Shown here piece after piece: positions 1-13,985 of a DNA stretch of 64,000 nucleotides. Numbering within the stretch: position 1 is the first letter of the stretch; the number at the start of each line of letters is the position of its first letter. The stretch covers positions 146,568,001 to 146,632,000 of the forward strand of contig NC_042998.1 in the NCBI RefSeq assembly GCF_006345805.1, written 5' to 3'. This stretch comes from Octopus sinensis (Eukaryota). Both the position numbers and the translations under genes were made by a program. The notes beneath the pieces were generated by a model, which worked only from the letters and a program-made list of their open reading frames with translations, was not told where the DNA came from and did no database searches.

Positions 1-83
<83 letters not shown>

Positions 84-105
84 CTCTCTCTCTCTCTCTC
101 TCTCA

Positions 106-385
106 TCTATGGCTAGAAGTATATCTTCTTCACTAATGTTGATGTATTCCATCGTAACTGCCTCGCTAGTTATAGGTGAGGCAGCAAAGAAGTCCACTGG
201 TTCGTTCACTTGTCTGTGTTCCAACGGGGTGGTAAAGACACTTTTGAACTGGTCATTCAGTACCTCACTGATCCTTGTTGGACTATCTGTGAGGGAGCCA
301 TCCTTTTGGAAGAGGGGTCCTATCTTGCAGCATACTAGGCTGTTTCTTTGGCACAATGAAAGAAGGCTTTTGGGTTTGACTTAAT
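106..385 (-). mobile_element. CR1/L2-group LINE ORF2 fragment (endonuclease-RT linker)
   Basis: KIGPLFQKDGSLTDSPTRISEVLNDQFKSVFT resembles the IGPL...LN..F.SVFT linker of CR1-group LINEs; ends in a (GA)n/(TA)n array. Confidence 0.7.
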
Positions 386-479
386 GTTTTATACAACCTG
401 GGCTTAAAAAATTAAGATGGCACCAAAGTGGGAGAAGAAAGAATTGAATCTTCTGTTGTGAGCATGGATGATTGCTAGC

Positions 480-1468
480 AGTGATCTGCCAAACAATATC
501 ATCATATTTCTAATACTTCTAGTGTTATTATTGTACCTATCATTAGTAGCATTATAGTTGTCACAATTACTGAGGCTGGTAGTAGTTGCCTTATCAAGGC
601 TTTTATAGTTGTTGTACCTCCATTTCTTCCTATTCCTGCTAGGATTTATAGATATGTTATTTCATTATTATCCTTATAATTGTTGTTGTTGTTCTTCTTC
701 TTCTTTGCGTCAAAGGCATTCCTATTGTTCCTAGTATTAGTCCTATCTCTACTATTATCCACATTATTATTCCTATTACCATTAGTGTTTCGAGGGAAAT
801 ATTTAATTTTGTCTTTATATTCTGCATTTCTTAGTGTTATGTTATACCTATCCTTATGTTTATAAAAAATCTCTTCATTTGAGGAAAAGCTTGAGATCCT
901 TTTACTTATATTTCGTAGAAGGGCTCTTTTTACTATTTGCAGTTTATGTCTAAGTAGCTGATTGAATAGTTTCCATTTTCTATAGTTACAGAGAGGCCAA
1001 GCCTTTACATAGTAATTTCTTTAGTAATTCAAGGCGTCTATTCGAATGGTTCCTAACTAAAAATAGCGTGTTGTCCCTATATAGACCTCCCCTTAATTCT
1101 GGGAATTCCCTACTTATATTGTCTTCTAGGTCAGTTGCTTCTACCGAGCCAGGCGAGCCCATTGTGATATTAAAAGGTCCAGTGTATCATTCCTAGCCCA
1201 TAGTTTGTTATCAAATTTGATAACAGTCTTACGGGCAGTGAGTGTAACATTTATCTCCCTCATACTTAGGTTACTGTATTTCCTGGTGAAAATAAGAGTG
1301 CTGTTCAGAACAATAGAGTTAATAGAGGAGTAGCAGTTCTGTATATCTATTTGCAAAAAATTTTGATTATATCTATTTTCTACCTGTATATTGGAGAACC
1401 AGTCTAGTGCACCTTGGGTGTTACTCCATAGTTCTAGTTTAATTTTGATTTTAGCATTGGTGAATATT
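480..1468 (-). mobile_element. Degraded Penelope-like element (PLE), RT region
   Basis: Across frameshifts: WSNTQGALDWFSNI...FLQIDIQNCYSSI, ARKTVIKFDNKLWAR, FNITMGSPGSVEATDL, GGLYRDN (YRDD catalytic motif decayed), ISSFSSNEEIFYKH. All are typical PLE RT motifs. Left boundary uncertain. Confidence 0.8.
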
Positions 1469-2760
1469 TCTATATATATATAATATATGTATAAATTAGA
1501 GAAGAACCACCTTTTATCAATTCAACAATGAAATAACAATGATATAATTAAATTATACCATATAGAAAAAAATTTTAAATGCGATAAAACATATACCAAT
1601 AATTAAGTAAAGTACAAAATAATAAATAAAAAGTATATAATCGCTAAATATAGTCACTCTTCAGGTCCAAGATAAAAAACAATGAAATAATTAAATAAAT
1701 AAATATACATATATAATCTGGTAAGAAAATATAAATATATATAAAAATACGTAATTTTACAATAAAAATCGAACAAAATTCAATAATATATCATAAAATA
1801 CAAACACAAAATATTTTAAATATATTCTGTTAACTAAATCTTTAAACTTAACACATAGGACTTATTATTTGTAAATTTTTTCTTGTTAAAAACATAGTAT
1901 AAATAAAACTAGAATAAATAGATATAAATATTTATTATATCTATGAAAATAAATTTTAACTTATATAAGAAAAAAATAACAAACTGATATATCATTACTA
2001 GAATATTCAAATACAAGTAATTAAAACAAACAAAATATTTAAAACAAAATAAATATATATATATAAAATACAAAATATACAATAAGTGAAAACTAAAATA
2101 CTATAATTTAATCTATATACATTAAATTAAATTATTTATTTATTTAATAAACATCTAAGTTAAATCTTATTCTAATTAAGTAATATATACTAAAAAAAAC
2201 TTCATGCTAACTTATATACATAATGCTACTACAAAAATAAAAAATAAAAAATGGTGCAAATATACACACACCTATTATTTAAACTTACTATTTTATTAAT
2301 TTATATATAGTATATATAGATTTAATATTACACTCACTAATAGAATTAACCAAAATATCAATTAATATTAAAAGTATTAACTTAAATGTAACAAATAAAA
2401 CTCCTTACAAAAGTCTTACAAAACTATTTCACAAAGTAAATTATATGTAATACGTTAATTCACAGTATAATAATAATAAAAATAATAATTAAATGCTCCA
2501 GCATGGCCGCAGTCAAATGACTGAAACAAGTAAAAGAGTAAAAGAGCAACGTAACTAATAATTATCAACAAACAATATATAAACTAATATTTTAACAATA
2601 ATAATCAAACACAATTCAATTAAAAAATTAAATAATATTGTTATATAAGTACGTTACTTATCTTATCGAAGAACATTTTATAACTGAATTTTAAATGTAA
2701 AAACGTAGGCCTTAGCATTTATAAGAAATTAAGTCATGAAGACGTGTAAAAAGAATAAAT

Positions 2761-2807
2761 TATATATATGTGTGTGTGTGTGTGTAAATATGTATGTATA
2801 TATATAT

Positions 2808-2863
<56 letters not shown>

Positions 2864-3189
2864 ATATATATATAATAATGTATATGTATGTATATATATA
2901 TAATAATGTATATATATATGTATATATATGTATATATGTTATATATATGTATATATATATATATGTATATATATTATATATATATGTATATATATATGTA
3001 TATATATATAATATATGTATATATATGTATATATATATGTATATATTGTATATATATATGTATATATATATATATGTATATTATGTATATATATATGTAT
3101 ATATATATGGTATATATAATGTATATATATATGGTATATATATGTATATATATATGGTATATATATGTATATATATATATTATATATAT

Positions 3190-3220
<31 letters not shown>

Positions 3221-3503
3221 TATATATGTATATATATATATATATATTATATATATATATATTATATAATATGTATATATATATATTATATATATGTATA
3301 TATGTATATATATATGTATAATATATATGTATATATGTATTATATATATATGTAATATATATATATATAATGTATATATGTATATATATATATATATATA
3401 TATGTATAATATATATGTATATATATAATGTATATATATATTATATATATATATATGTAATATATATATATGTATATATATATAGTATATATATATATAT
3501 ATA

Positions 3504-3541
<38 letters not shown>

Positions 3542-3675
3542 GTATATTATATGTTATATGTATATATGTATATATATATATAATATGTATATATGTATAT
3601 ATATATGTATTATGTATATGTATATATATATATTATATGTATATATATATCTATATGTATATATATATGATATAT

Positions 3676-3728
<53 letters not shown>

Positions 3729-3746
3729 ATATGTATATATATATAT
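2761..3746. repeat. About 1-kb degenerate (TA)n / (TATG)n microsatellite array
   Basis: Directly visible; explains the YI-repeat ORFs. Confidence 0.97.
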
Positions 3747-4243
3747 TGCATGGTTGGGTCGTCGGCAACTAAACCGGCAACCCCACCAAGCTTGCTTGGT
3801 GAGGAGGGTGTTTATTGGACACCCTGCGGGATGAAAAACAAAACCCGTCAAAGGGCGGAGGAACTCTTGAAAGTCAACGGTCATACAATAAATGTCTTAA
3901 GGCTGTATCATGCGCGGGGACATAGAAATAATTGGACTGAATAATCAATCGCGCGGTTAAACCATTGGGAGTGAAGGACTCCTAGCCTTTGTTAGGGCAT
4001 CCTTCTAGAAGGTAGCTCAGGTAACTGGGATAACTCCAACATAAAACCTGCGGCTCAGTCGTTACCTATGATGTTGACTTGTTCTTCTTTTCGGATTATG
4101 GCTGCTGTTGCTTAGTGAGTGGGATTGACTCAGTGCACAGCCTTTCCTCACTTTAAAAAAAGTCTTCTTGCACAGGCATTGCCCGATAACAACATTGATT
4201 AAGCTTCGTGCAATGGCAATAACGGGGGGGGGGGCAGCCACCA
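3747..4243. other. GC/CpG-rich insert within a TA array, hairpin-rich; probable LINE UTR remnant
   Basis: Sharp composition change between TA arrays; hairpins caccaag/cttggtg, agggtgt/acaccct, cggg/cccg. Family not identified. Confidence 0.45.
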
Positions 4244-4311
4244 TATATATGTGTATGTATGTATATATGTATGTATATATATATATGTATGTGTGTGTGC
4301 ATATATATATA

Positions 4312-4528
4312 CTCTTTACTCTTTTACTTGTTTCAGTCATCTGACCGCGGCCATGCTGGAGCACCGCCTTTTAATCGAGCAACTCGACCCCAGGACTTAT
4401 TCTTTTTGTAAGCCCAGTACTTATTCTATCGGTCTCTTTTGCCGAACCGCTAAGTAACGGGGACATAAACACACCAGTATCGGTTGTCAAGCAATGCTAG
4501 GGGGACAAACACAGACACACACACACGC

Positions 4529-4559
<31 letters not shown>

Positions 4560-4721
4560 GACGGGCTTCTTTCAGTTTCTGTCTACCATATCCACTCACA
4601 AGGCTTTGGTCGGCCAGAGGCTATAGTAGAAGACACTTGGCCAAGGTGCCACGCATTGGGACTGTACCCGGAACCATGTGGTTGGTAAACAAGCTACTTA
4701 CCACACAGACACTCCTGCGCC
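4312..4721 (-). mobile_element. tRNA-derived octopus-type SINE, full length (family 1)
   Basis: Head ggcgcaggagtgtctgtgtggtaag, internal (TA)/(CA) tract, tail ccagcatggccgcgg...gaaacaagtaaaagagtaaagag. Related copies at about 11164-11430, 14915-15075, 17295-17580, 25640-26010, 31975-32345, 58310-58710; tail only at 2494-2545. Confidence 0.85.
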
Positions 4722-5004
4722 TATATATATGTATATTAAAGCTTTAAAACTTTAAGCAATTAATTCAGCTTATTAGAATAAATATTTATTTAGAAATATA
4801 TGCATGTACTTAGGCATGTGCATGTTTGTGTGCTTGCAAATATGTATGTGTGTGTATCGATGTGGTATGGACAAATTGTGTAAAAATAGTGTTAAACATC
4901 AAGTTACATGATAATTGAATACTGCAACATTCAACTATAACAGTTCTGGAATTGTGAAATATGATTAAATAATAATATTAATAATAATAATAATAATAAT
5001 AATG

Positions 5005-5064
<60 letters not shown>

Positions 5065-5647
5065 GTACTAATAATAATGAAAAAATGAAGGAAATATGAG
5101 AAATGAGTAGAGAATGATTCAGATGAAAAGCATTAGTGTCAAATATAATTGATTTCTTTTTTTGTATCCCTGTCTTTTTATGAACTTCATTTAAATATGT
5201 ATGTTTTTCTTTTTGTGTTTGATGACGCATAAGATTGCAGGAGAAAATGCGGCATGTTTAAGATGGAAGCCTATAATATGATAGTCTTCATGGTTCATTG
5301 CAGAATGGTGCTTAATACACAAACAAAAAAAGAAAAGACGAAAACTAGTAATTTTTTACAATGATATAAATTGTACAAACAGGTTATTGACCCCTGTCCC
5401 AAAGGCTAAAAAAATTAGACTTCAAGGAAAATTACATCATATAAATAATAGATATAGTTGATATATATATATATATATATATATAGATAGATAAGAAATT
5501 TGGTTTGTGAAAGCACGTGGTTGAATATATAGAAAATAGTAAAAAGTGAAAAAAACTACAGAAGGCTTAAAGGTTAAAAATATATATATTTGCATCAATA
5601 TGTCTGAAGAATATTAAAAATTTTTTTCTTATAATGACATAGTTTTG

Positions 5648-5686
5648 AAGAAAGACCGGTTTCGCGTTTAGCTTTTCAAATTTCTT
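5648..5686 (-). ncRNA. Degenerate minimal type I hammerhead motif
   Basis: aagaaa-T-TTGAAAA-GC-taaac-GC-GAAA-CCGGT-C-tttctt: 6-bp stem I and palindromic stem III (ACCGGT) with GUC triplet, but the CUGANGA core is only 5/7. Confidence 0.35.
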
Positions 5687-5696
5687 GCGACGTTAT

Positions 5697-5744
<48 letters not shown>

Positions 5745-5920
5745 GTTTATATATTTGTTTTGCAAGATTTTTTGCTGTGGAATCGTGTGTTGAAACAGAT
5801 ATTGTTGTATTTAGGAATGGTTATTTTGCCAGTTTAGCCAATAAAAACATGCGCACTATATATTTGGTGTTACTTTGCTTCAGCATTATTTATTTTTTAC
5901 ATTAAACTTAATCTTATTTC

Positions 5921-5965
5921 GGCCATAGTTCTTTCGTCACACTCCTGTGACCGCATCAGTGGTCC
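5921..5965 (-). ncRNA. Hammerhead motif relic (third family)
   Basis: ggacca-CTGATGC-G-GTCAC-aggagt-GTGAC-GAAA-GAACTA-tggcc: perfect 5-bp stem II, core with A9 to C, stem I tgg/cca. Confidence 0.6.
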
Positions 5966-6184
5966 TTTGCTTTCTTCTTTCTTATTTGTGTGTCTCTCCT
6001 TACTAACCGTCAGCCATTTTGTATTTCTATTGTGTCTTCATATGCGCGTGCATATATCTCTATGTGCGTCTATGTTTAGTTAGTGTGTGTGGGGAAATGC
6101 CTGTAATATTTGTATCTCCTGTTTATATATGTTCATGTAATTTGTTTTTGTTTTTTTTTATTTTGTTCATGTGTTTACACCCAC

Positions 6185-6227
<43 letters not shown>

Positions 6228-6234
6228 CATTATC

Positions 6235-6266
<32 letters not shown>

Positions 6267-6442
6267 CAACAATAATAGTAATAATAAAAAAAAATGTATA
6301 TAGTTATTTATATAGTTTATTTATCTGTGTATTTTATTTTATTATGTTTTCAGTTTTGTTTATATTGTAACCAGTTTATGGGGATCCTCTTCTGTCATAT
6401 GTCGTGGTGTGTGCTAGTGTTCCATTCCAGTTTCCTATTCAG

Positions 6443-8205
6443 GCTAGGTGAAGAAGGCACCCCACAACATAGGTCAGTAGTTAGCGACTTCAGGATCATG
6501 GCTAAATGGCTGCCCAAAGATGACCAGCATGGAAAAGAAGGGTCTGGAAGTGTAAGGATTCTCTGAGTGGACAGAGATTTAGAGATGGGTTACTTGAAGC
6601 TTTTGATGAAAAGGAGGAGCTAGATATAGCATTACATAATGTGGAGAAAAACTGGAGGTTCCTGTGGCTGGTGTAAAGTCCACTTTTGACCTGAGGTAAT
6701 GTGGTGGTGGAACAACATAGTTGACAGGGAGGGTCATTAGGGAAAAGAATCAGGCATGGAAGGACTGGAATTACGGTGGTAATAGGGAACTGTATCAGAT
6801 TGCCAGAAGGGAAGCTAGGAGACAGGCTTACTTAACCAGAGGGAAAGCAGATAAGAAAAAATTTGGCAATGTTCTGCATCATGAGGACCAGAGACTTGTA
6901 GTGTTTTGTATTGCAAGACAGTGTGTAAGAGAGAATCGTGATGCTTACCCAACACAATTGACAGTACCTTGGTAGATAAAGCAATTAAGGGTATGAAGAT
7001 AGGGAAAGTCCCGGGCCCATCAGGAATCATTGCAGAGATGCTTAAAATATCTGGCGATGTAGGCTATATTCTAGTCACCTGTATAGTCAACCAGGTGATA
7101 CATGAAGTAGATATACCCAATGACTGGTGTAGCAGCACCATAGTCAACTGCTGTGAAGGTGGTGCATTAGATAGGAATAATTACAGAGGTATCAAATTGT
7201 TGGACCAGGTGATGAAAGTCACGGAGAGAGTCAGCCCAACTAATTAGGGAGAGAGTCAGTTTAGACAAGATACATTTTGGGTTCATGCCAGGGAAAAGCA
7301 CCACTGATGCTATATTTCTGGAAAGACAGCTGTAGGAAAAATTCATAGCCAAAGATAAACCTCTGTACTTGGCTTTCATTGACATGGTCCCCCATTCCTT
7401 ATCTGGTGGTAAATGTGGAAACTAGGGATAGATGAGTGTTTGGCAAGAGCTGTATAAGCCATGCACAAGGATGCTGTCAGTAAGGTGAGGGTTGGCAATG
7501 AGTATAGTGAAGAATTCTGGGTAGAAGTAGGGTTCACCGAAGATCAGTCCTCAGCCCCCTCTTATTCATCACAGTCCTCCAGGCAATAACTGAGGAATTC
7601 AAGACAGGATACCCTTGGGAGCTCCTCTATGTCGATGAGCTTGTTCTAATAGCTGAGTCACTACCAGAACTAGGGAAGTTTCAGGTATGGAAGCAAGGTC
7701 TAGAATGGAAGGGTCTTAGAGTCAATCTAGCAAAATCCAAAGTCATAGTAAGTAGGAAGGCAGACAAATCACAAATCCTTTTGGATAGATGGCCCTGCTC
7801 AATCTGTAGCAGATGTACCTGGTGTAAGCTATGGACATATAAAAGGCGCAGCAATATCAAAGGAAGGTTAACTAGAAAGATAGTTTTTGCGTGTGGCAGA
7901 TGCACAGGGGCAATAAACACTGAAGATGTACTGGAAACAGATTCTATCACATGACAGGGGGAAGAACTAGAAGTAGTTGATAGCTTTTGTTACCTAGATA
8001 ACCAAGTCAGTAGTGGGGGGGTGGCTGCTCTGAGAGTGTGGCTGCTAGAATAAGAATAGCCTGGGCAAATCTCAGAGAGCTCTTACTTCTGCTGGTAACA
8101 AAAGGCCTCTTGCTCAGAGTGAAAGGTAGACTATACGATGCATGTATGTGACCAGCCATGCTACATGGCAGTGAAACATGGGCTTTGGCTGCTGAAAACA
8201 GTATT
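6443..8205 (+). mobile_element. Degraded RTE LINE fragment, same family as 18149-23445
   Basis: TPQHRSVVSDFRI, GKVPGPSGIIAEMLK, NYRGIKLLDQVMKVTERV, WELLYVDE; many stops and frameshifts. Confidence 0.92.
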
Positions 8206-8625
8206 TTATCAACCTGAGAAGGAAAAAATGTCAAGTCATCCATAGCAGGATTAGAATTCAGAATATAAAGAGTCAGAACAAATACTGTAAGGCATTTTGT
8301 TTACTATTTTTATGATTCTATCTGTTTACCTTGTAGCTATGTTAGAACTCCTCATCACTATTAATGAGGAGCACTAAAGTTTAAACAGCAAGTCTTAAGA
8401 AGTATTATTTATGTTAAATCAAATGTAATGACCGAGTCAGTATTAAATGTTACCAAGTGCTTTTATTGAAACAGAAATTTAATAACTCATTCAGAATTTC
8501 TACTACATTAGTTCCAGAATATACCACACCTTTCAGAGATTCCTGTTTAACTGTTAATATATATATTTCTCAATAGAAGGCTCAAACCATACTTAGTACA
8601 TCACATTACTGACACAAAACCCACA

Positions 8626-8735
8626 CACATACATATAAACAGATAAGCATACATTGTACACACATACATATAAACAGATAAGCATACATTGTACACACAT
8701 ACATATAAACAGATAAGCATACATTGTACACACAT
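8626..8735. repeat. 35-bp minisatellite x3
   Basis: acatataaacagataagcatacattgtacacacat repeated at 8631, 8666 and 8701. Confidence 0.9.
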
Positions 8736-9384
8736 ACACACACTCACACATATGTACACAGATTTTTATGGAATTCAATGATGAATGCTAAGCTTGTTTG
8801 ATCAACTGAACTACCTACTGATTCAATCACAGTGAAGGTAGTTGAGTACTTCATAGATTCTTAACATGATCCTAAAGCAGAGGAAGTATGAAGGTTACAG
8901 AGAAAAGGAGTAAGCACATTCCATTAGATGTGTAACATTAGTGTGTATGGACAACATGGTACAGAGGAGCTGAGACATGAAATAAGTATAAGTGAAAAAT
9001 AATAATAATAATAATAATAATAATAACGACAACAATAACAAGAGCACAAACCTCTGTCAAAGCAACACCAATTTCCTCTCAACGATTAACCAGAGATGAT
9101 TTTTTTAAAATGAGAATATCTGAAATAAACTTGACTGTTCTCATAAACGAGAATACTAAAAATGAACCCAACCACCCTCAAAAATTAAGTAAAAAAAAAA
9201 AAAACGGAAAAATAATCCAGAATCCTTGTCCAGTACTGGATTGATCCCAAAAATCTAATCAGTTCATGCCAGTCATGAGGCCAAACATTCCTGAAAGTTT
9301 CATCCGAATCCATCCAGTGGTTCTTGAGATATCTTGTCCACAGACAAACACAACTGAAAACAATATCTCCACCTTTACTAATCA

Positions 9385-9874
9385 ACACCGACAGAACAAT
9401 CCAGGCTAATCGATCAGACATAGTCATTAGAGACAGAGAAGAAAATACTTGAAGATGAATAAAGTCTGTAAAGGAATTTGACAAATTAAGTAAATAAAGG
9501 GACCTGGAAATTGAAATACAAAAGATGTGGCATCTTAAAGCAAGAACTGTTCCTGTTATTGTGGGTGCCCTAGATATAAGAAAGGGATGTCAGAAACATC
9601 TAGATAATATCCCAGGAGAACCAGGTTTTAGAAAAATCCAAAAGATCATGCTGACACGTACTACCCATATCCTTAGAAAAACCCTATCAATTTAAATGTA
9701 TATGTTGTATTACATGAAAATATTTCGCTACTGCCCCTACCACTTCCCCTCCCCAAGCTTTCAGTCATACTGTAATGTCTCTTATCCTTCACTCACCTTC
9801 GGATGTTGGGTGTGTCTCGGTGAGTGATTGTAACTTTGTAACATGCAGACTAAAAGTAAATAATAATAATAATA

Positions 9875-9905
<31 letters not shown>
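9385..9905 (+). mobile_element. R4/Dong-like LINE 3-prime fragment (restriction-like endonuclease) ending in (TAA)n
   Basis: TDRTIQANRSDIVIRD...RDLEIEIQKMWHLKARTVPVIVGAL...HILRKTLSI*: decayed (R)PDIV RLE motif, then a UTR and (TAA)n tail. A second fragment at about 46390-46560 reads KYKDLEIEIT...IIPILIDALGMI. Confidence 0.75.
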
Positions 9906-9934
9906 TAGTAGTAGTAGTAGTATTAGTATTATTG

Positions 9935-10110
9935 AAGGCAGGAAGCTGGCAGAATTGTTAAGGTGTTGGGAAAAATACATCACAGTATTTCTGCTGACTC
10001 TACCTTCCGAGTTCAAATTCCACTGTGGTCAACTTTGCCTTTTCATCCTTTTGTGGGGTCAATGAAATAAGGACTGGGGTTGCAGGCCTTGTGCTTGTAG
10101 TAGAAAGAAT
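9935..10110 (+). mobile_element. tRNA-derived SINE (family 3; gagctggcagaattgttag head, gcctttcatcct...ggggtc core)
   Basis: Shared head and core; related copies at about 35225-35375 (-), 48645-48875 (+), 62541-62735 (+), 63795-63995 (-). Confidence 0.75.
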
Positions 10111-11163
10111 TATTGTTATTTATCAAAACTTGTAGTTTTGGGTTAGGGTTAGTGGAATTTACTTTGTCTACAATTTCAAATTTGTTTTGGAATAGGAGTG
10201 TTTCTCTATGATTTTGTTACTGAAGTGGTTTTCTTAATAATGAAACTGAAGTCCTTCTCTTACTGTTTCCCCCCTCTCACCACCAATGGATGCTCATGGT
10301 AGACCTTCCTGAGACAACCTTTGGTTCTATAATCCAAACAGCTTATTTGTACCACAGAACCAGAGGCAGTTTTAAGAGATTTAAATCAAAACTTTCCATC
10401 AAGAGTTCATGTTAATTTGACTTCTAAGCAATCAGCTTAATAATGACAAAGTAAATTTGGTAAATTCTTCATTATTTTCAAAATTTATTGAAACAAGGGC
10501 AGTGTGTTTTAAAAGAAATACACTGTTTACAATTTCATATTTAAGAATGCAATAAATCAGTGGCATTTCTTTTGATAGTAATGAAGAAAAGGAGCAAACA
10601 TTCAGCTAAATAAAAATATAATGAAGACGAGTGTGTGTGTGTGTTTGTGTGTGTATGTGTGTGTAAAAAAAACACGAATAAATAAAGTTTCTCTTTTCCA
10701 AAATGACTCTCATTGTTTCTAGGATTTGAAAGAAAGGATAAAATAAATAAATAAATACAAAAATAAACTAACTAAAAGAAAAAAACTTGTATTATTAATA
10801 CATCTTGCTGGTAGAAAGTTGAATCTATTGGTTGCCTGGAATGATACTAGTTTTATAGATATGAGTAATAAACAACAAATTCCATGCGAGCTGTAAGCTA
10901 TGGCAAGCAGCCATTTGCAAGAGGAAGAAATACAAACACCTTATAACTTGAAGTGAATTCTGTTTATTTTTATTGTTATAAAATTGATGCTATCCAAGAA
11001 AAATAAAGAAATTTCTCTTTCCTATAATGTATGATTAATTTAATTCAAAGATTTGTGATTAAGCTGGCTGTTAGTTTTATAGAGAATATTTGTAAAGGGA
11101 ATTTCTGTTTGGAATGATAATTGCTATAATAATCAACTTGAACAGAAAAAAGTTAAACAATTT

Positions 11164-11430
11164 AGGTACAGGAGTGGTTGTGTGGTAAGTATAGGTGCAG
11201 GAGTGGCTGTGTGGTAAGTAGCTTGCTTACCAACAATATGGTTCTGGGTTCATTCCCACTGTGTGACACCTTGGGCAAGTGTCTTCTTTGGCCTCAGGTC
11301 AACCAAAGCCTTTTGAGTGGATTTGGTAGATGGAAACTGAAAGAACCCCATAGTTTGGCAAAAGAGACCAATAGAATAAGTCCTGGGGTCGATTTGCTTG
11401 CAGTCAAATGGCTGAAACAAGTAGAAGAGT
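11164..11430 (+). mobile_element. Family 1 SINE with duplicated head and internal deletion
   Basis: ggtacaggagtggttgtgtggtaagt repeated back to back; ends gaaacaagtagaagag. Confidence 0.75.
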
Positions 11431-11718
11431 AAATTTACAAACAATTTTCTATCAAGTAATTTTATGAGAATTTCTGCAGCATTTTTGTAATTTATTCTAA
11501 AGACTAAATTGACAAAGTGAATTACATTTCAAAATGAAATCTGGAAGTATTCTAACCACATGGTTTTAGGTTCAATCCCACTATGTGGTATCTTGCTTAA
11601 GTGTCTGCTATAGCTCTGGACTGACCAAAGCCTTGCGAAAGAACTTGATAGAAAGTAACTGAAAAAAACCTATCATGTGTATGTATGTATTAGGAACATG
11701 GACAATAAATGATGACAA

Positions 11719-11766
<48 letters not shown>

Positions 11767-12505
11767 GTATATGTGTGAGTGTGTTAGTGTCCCCTTGTCT
11801 TGACATTGAGTGATAGTTCTAAATCAGCATCAATCAAACAAGCATTGTTGTTCATTCTCAGTCATCCATGTAAACATGTCTGGCCATGAGGAAATATTAC
11901 CTTACTTGGAAGCAGGTGAGGACTGGCAATGTGATGGGCATCTGACTATAGAAAATCTGTCTCAATGAGTACCTTCTGATACATGTCAATACAGGAAAGT
12001 GGACATGAAAACAATGATGACAATAATTTTTACACAAATCTCCTTTTGCATTTATATGAATATATATGTATATACACACATATGCATATACACCCATGAT
12101 TGTCACAATCAACTGCTTGAACACATTCAGCAGTTCAACAAGTAATAAGATGTACTTTACTGTTCTTGAGTTAAAGCCAATTAGATGTAGTACATATTTT
12201 TTAATATCTAATTTATTTATTTAATAGTTTTTTCACTAATCAAAATTATTTTAATTCGATTTCATTATATTACATAATGTACATTACATCCACAACACTC
12301 AACATGTTCAGATTTGCATATATTTAATTTTATTCTATTATATTATCATTTTAAGCCAGAAGCTGGGATATGTGAATGTTTTTTTTATATAAAAGTGTTC
12401 CACGTGTGGTATGAGTGTGTCTAAGTATGTATAAAGATATACATATATAGGTGTAGGTAGGATGTATAGTTGAGAAGGTCTAACAATCACACGACCATAC
12501 CTGCA

Positions 12506-12555
<50 letters not shown>

Positions 12556-13689
12556 TTATGTACATATACATATTATGTAAACGTATAATTCAATATACAT
12601 GTATATATATTTTATATTAAATTATATTTGATGTATAAATATATATCATACTGAACTAGTTGAAAGCACACACATACATATACATGCTTTCAACTAGTTC
12701 CATTTTGCCACCTTATAATAATGGCTATGACATGTGCCCAAATCTGTGTGACTAACTAAAAGCATGCTAACAAATCTTCCTGACATTTATACTTGCATTG
12801 ATATATCTAGAATTGTAGTTTCTGGCAGGTATTTCAGGCAGTATTTTCTGCATGGATTCTATTTGATTGTTGATGTACATAATGTGAAAGTGAAGAAACA
12901 CAATCTCTTACTTAGCACTTCAATCTGAAGGCTAATAGCAATGGAATTAACTATTTTCCTGTGATGCAATGTTTCATTGTATTTAGAAAAGAAAACATGG
13001 GACAGCAACAGTCATCAGACTAAGAAAAATATCTTACACAAGTAAAAGAAAATGAGAAAAGAAAACAACATAGCTACAAAGGTTTGTTTTTGTTGGTAGA
13101 GTTCCAAATAGCTAACCATAATTTTAAAGCAAAGAGTACAAAAAAGAATTTGTAATACAGCATCAACAAAAACATTATAAATGCATTTTAGAAATGTTTA
13201 AAATGTTCACATGGTATTTAATTAACCAATGCTGTTTGAACCAAAAGAAAATAAAAAAAAAAACATTGAAATTTGTGACCATAAGATGAGGTATGGTGAG
13301 GAGGTTTTAGTACTTTTACCCTGTTGTTACTCAATGTAGAGAAAGAAGAGACTAAATACATCACTATAGAAAAGCAAAGTTCTTATTCAGTACAAGGCTG
13401 GCCCTTGTGAATTACATGTAGAACTCACTTTTGCATGCTGAGTCAACTTTACGAGTACTGTGTAACAATGCACCACTGGTTTTCAAACTCACGATTGTGA
13501 GCCAAATACACTAACCTCTAAGCCACGCACCAGCAGATACCAGCTGACAATTGCATAATCTCCTACACACTCTAACACTATTGTTATGTATACATACACA
13601 CAATCTATTCGTTTTATACATACACTCATGCATATATAAACACACCTGCAGTCTGTATGTTAAACACACAGATAACATACACTTTCAGT

Positions 13690-13985
13690 TATTGTTTCAC
13701 ACACACACAGTTTCATACAGTTATGTGCACACACAAATAAACACATAGTCTCATACAGGTATGCACGCTTGCACACACACAGTCTCATACAGTTACGTGC
13801 ACACACACAAACACAGTCTCATACAAGTACATATGCACACACACAAACACACAGTCTCATACAGTTACATATGCATACACACACATGCTCACACAGAATC
13901 TCATACAGTTATGCACGCACACACACCATCTCATACAGGCACATGCTTGCGCAAACACAGAGCCACATACAGTTACACACACATA
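13690..13985. repeat. Minisatellite of (CA)n plus gtctcatacagtta units
   Basis: About 8 diverged units, directly visible. Confidence 0.85.

Noticed and set aside
1630-1680. Hammerhead candidates at about 1655 (-) and about 2684 (+)
   Set aside because: CTGAAGA or GAAAC-like halves are present, but the partner core and stems are missing.
3747-3870. HDV-like ribozyme
   Set aside because: P1- and P3-like pairings can be drawn, but there is no P1.1 CC/GG pairing or J4/2 catalytic C arrangement.
2794-3944. Long YI/IY-rich ORFs, and similar ones at 12338, 23172, 34624
   Set aside because: Translations of (TA)n, (CA)n and trinucleotide microsatellites.
8626-8735. CRISPR-like repeat array
   Set aside because: Contiguous 35-bp tandem units with no spacers, in eukaryotic DNA.
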